A DNA stretch of 63,464 nucleotides, the filler included, from Cercozoa sp. M6MM (taxonomy: Eukaryota > Protista > Endomyxa: Ascetosporea): assembly GCA_040357565.1 (NCBI GenBank). It is 13 parts of 13 records of this genome, joined end to end, with 100 filler letters (N's around TTAATTAATTAA, not from the genome) between each part and the next. Parts side by side here need not be neighbours in the genome. Positions count along the whole stretch, not along the records: positions 51,061 to 63,464 come from JBDODJ010000381.1; 12 more parts are not named here. One strand, given 5' to 3'. Below the pieces are notes generated by a model that made no database searches, had not been told where the DNA came from, and worked only from the letters and a program-made list of their open reading frames with translations. This document shows, piece after piece, positions 62,276 to 63,464 of the stretch. Every line of letters starts with the position of its first letter. The stretch's first letter is position 1. A program made the position numbers and the translations under genes.

Positions 62276-63411
62276 ATGCCATTCTGTGTCATCGTTGATC
62301 TGGACCGCTTGCTGCGGTACCTTTCGTTTTTTTTTTCTCGCTGTTGCTTTACTGCGCATTTTTACGAGCACTTTTGTCCAGGGAGTTGCGTTGGCAACTT
62401 GAGTTTTTCCCCTTGGATGATTTCGAGCTGGTGCTGCGCGACACACGAAACGACCGAAAGCATCGACTGCGCAAGATCCAGTTGTCGGAGGAAGAGTTCG
62501 AGGAACGATTGGAACTGACGATGCCTCAGGACGACACGGAAGAAGGCAGAAGCACATCTCCCCGCAGTGTCAACGGTCTGTTTCGCACTTCGGGCTCGAG
62601 CTCAAGTGACGCCGCGGGAACACACAGCAGGTTCTACGAGTTTCGCGATGACTTTGCCGACTTTGAAAACTTCGAGCACTTCACTCTCTCGGCAGTTTCA
62701 CCGTCGCAAAACCGCACGCTCTTCTGGTATGTTGCCAAGCTGTTGCAACGAAAACTCTTTGCCATCTTGATTGCTTGCAGGGAGTGCGTGCCAGGTGACC
62801 GGCGATTGACCGACTTTGAGAACCGCGAGTTGATGTAGCTCACCATTGCCCTGCTTTCAATTGTCAATCAAGCTTGACTTGTCTTTGTTTTTGGCAGCAT
62901 CTTTGAGTTGGGCCGATTCTCGCACCACCAGTTGATTCGCCGTGTGCACGCTCTTCTGGGTGACAACCAGACTGCACGAAAGGAGGAGCAGCGCCGTCTG
63001 TGGCAAACCGGTGCAGTGCAACACAGTTTTTGAGATTCAGTTTTCGGTTTTAGAAAAGTGTTGTGCCTCAGAGCGATGTTGGGTGGACTCGGCGTGGCTC
63101 TGTCCAAAAGGCGACTGGCACTTGCTTGCATTGGTAGCAGCACCCACTATTTGCCTTCCTCTAGATATTGTGCGTTGTCTGTAGCAACTCGGCACGTGTG
63201 TGAGTCGACCAGCCAGCACGCTCGTGTTGCCTTCTGATGTGGCGCAGCACCTGACCTACCGCGTCACAGTACCTTGTTTTTCGTTTCTCTTGTCTCAGTC
63301 ACTGCAAGTCATTTTTTGTCTTTAGGTGAAAGGATGCGATTCCAACATGGTGCTCGCGCTGCCTGAAGATGTACTGTCTTGGCTTTCTTTCCATCGCGCT
63401 GCTGTCTTACT
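62276..63411 (+). CDS. Hypothetical multi-exon protein, 3'-partial
   Basis: MPFCVIVDLDRLL|RELRWQLEFFPLDDFELVL...; GT-AG introns; runs into the terminal (GT)n. Confidence 0.55.
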
Positions 63412-63416
63412 GGTTC

Positions 63417-63464
<48 letters not shown>

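Overview
Eukaryotic (protist-like) nuclear DNA, not prokaryotic. The window is 13 separate contigs/scaffolds joined by 12 artificial 100-nt linkers (N44-TTAATTAATTAA-N44), so neighbours across linkers are not biological. Most contigs carry compact, very intron-rich genes (short GT-AG introns, many filled with microsatellites or TTTACCCC-type tracts), so the ORF track is largely uninformative; the gene models below were spliced by hand. Recognisable genes: CPSF3, a BRO1/ALIX-family protein, a PTC7-type PP2C, ALDH6A1, ACBP, a 34-kDa actin-bundling-family protein, mitochondrial PheRS, PRPF4-like WD40, DTD1, a SAM-domain protein, an SLC12 cotransporter, a PUF protein, a RING-H2 ligase and a PH-RhoGAP, plus several orphans. 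The most notable items are: (1) a 3.8-kb Pol III island (5S rRNA plus 16 different intronless tRNAs with repeat-built spacers) containing an apparent Ala(AGC)/Thr(AGT) recruitment pair; (2) an unusual splice-donor consensus (GTAC dominant, +4A rare) with very high intron density; (3) a double fascin-like/DUF4476-like fusion protein; (4) a membrane-anchored Q/N/H-rich protein built from tandemly repeated phase-0 exons. Family assignments come from motif recognition only; no database searches were run and the organism cannot be named from the sequence.
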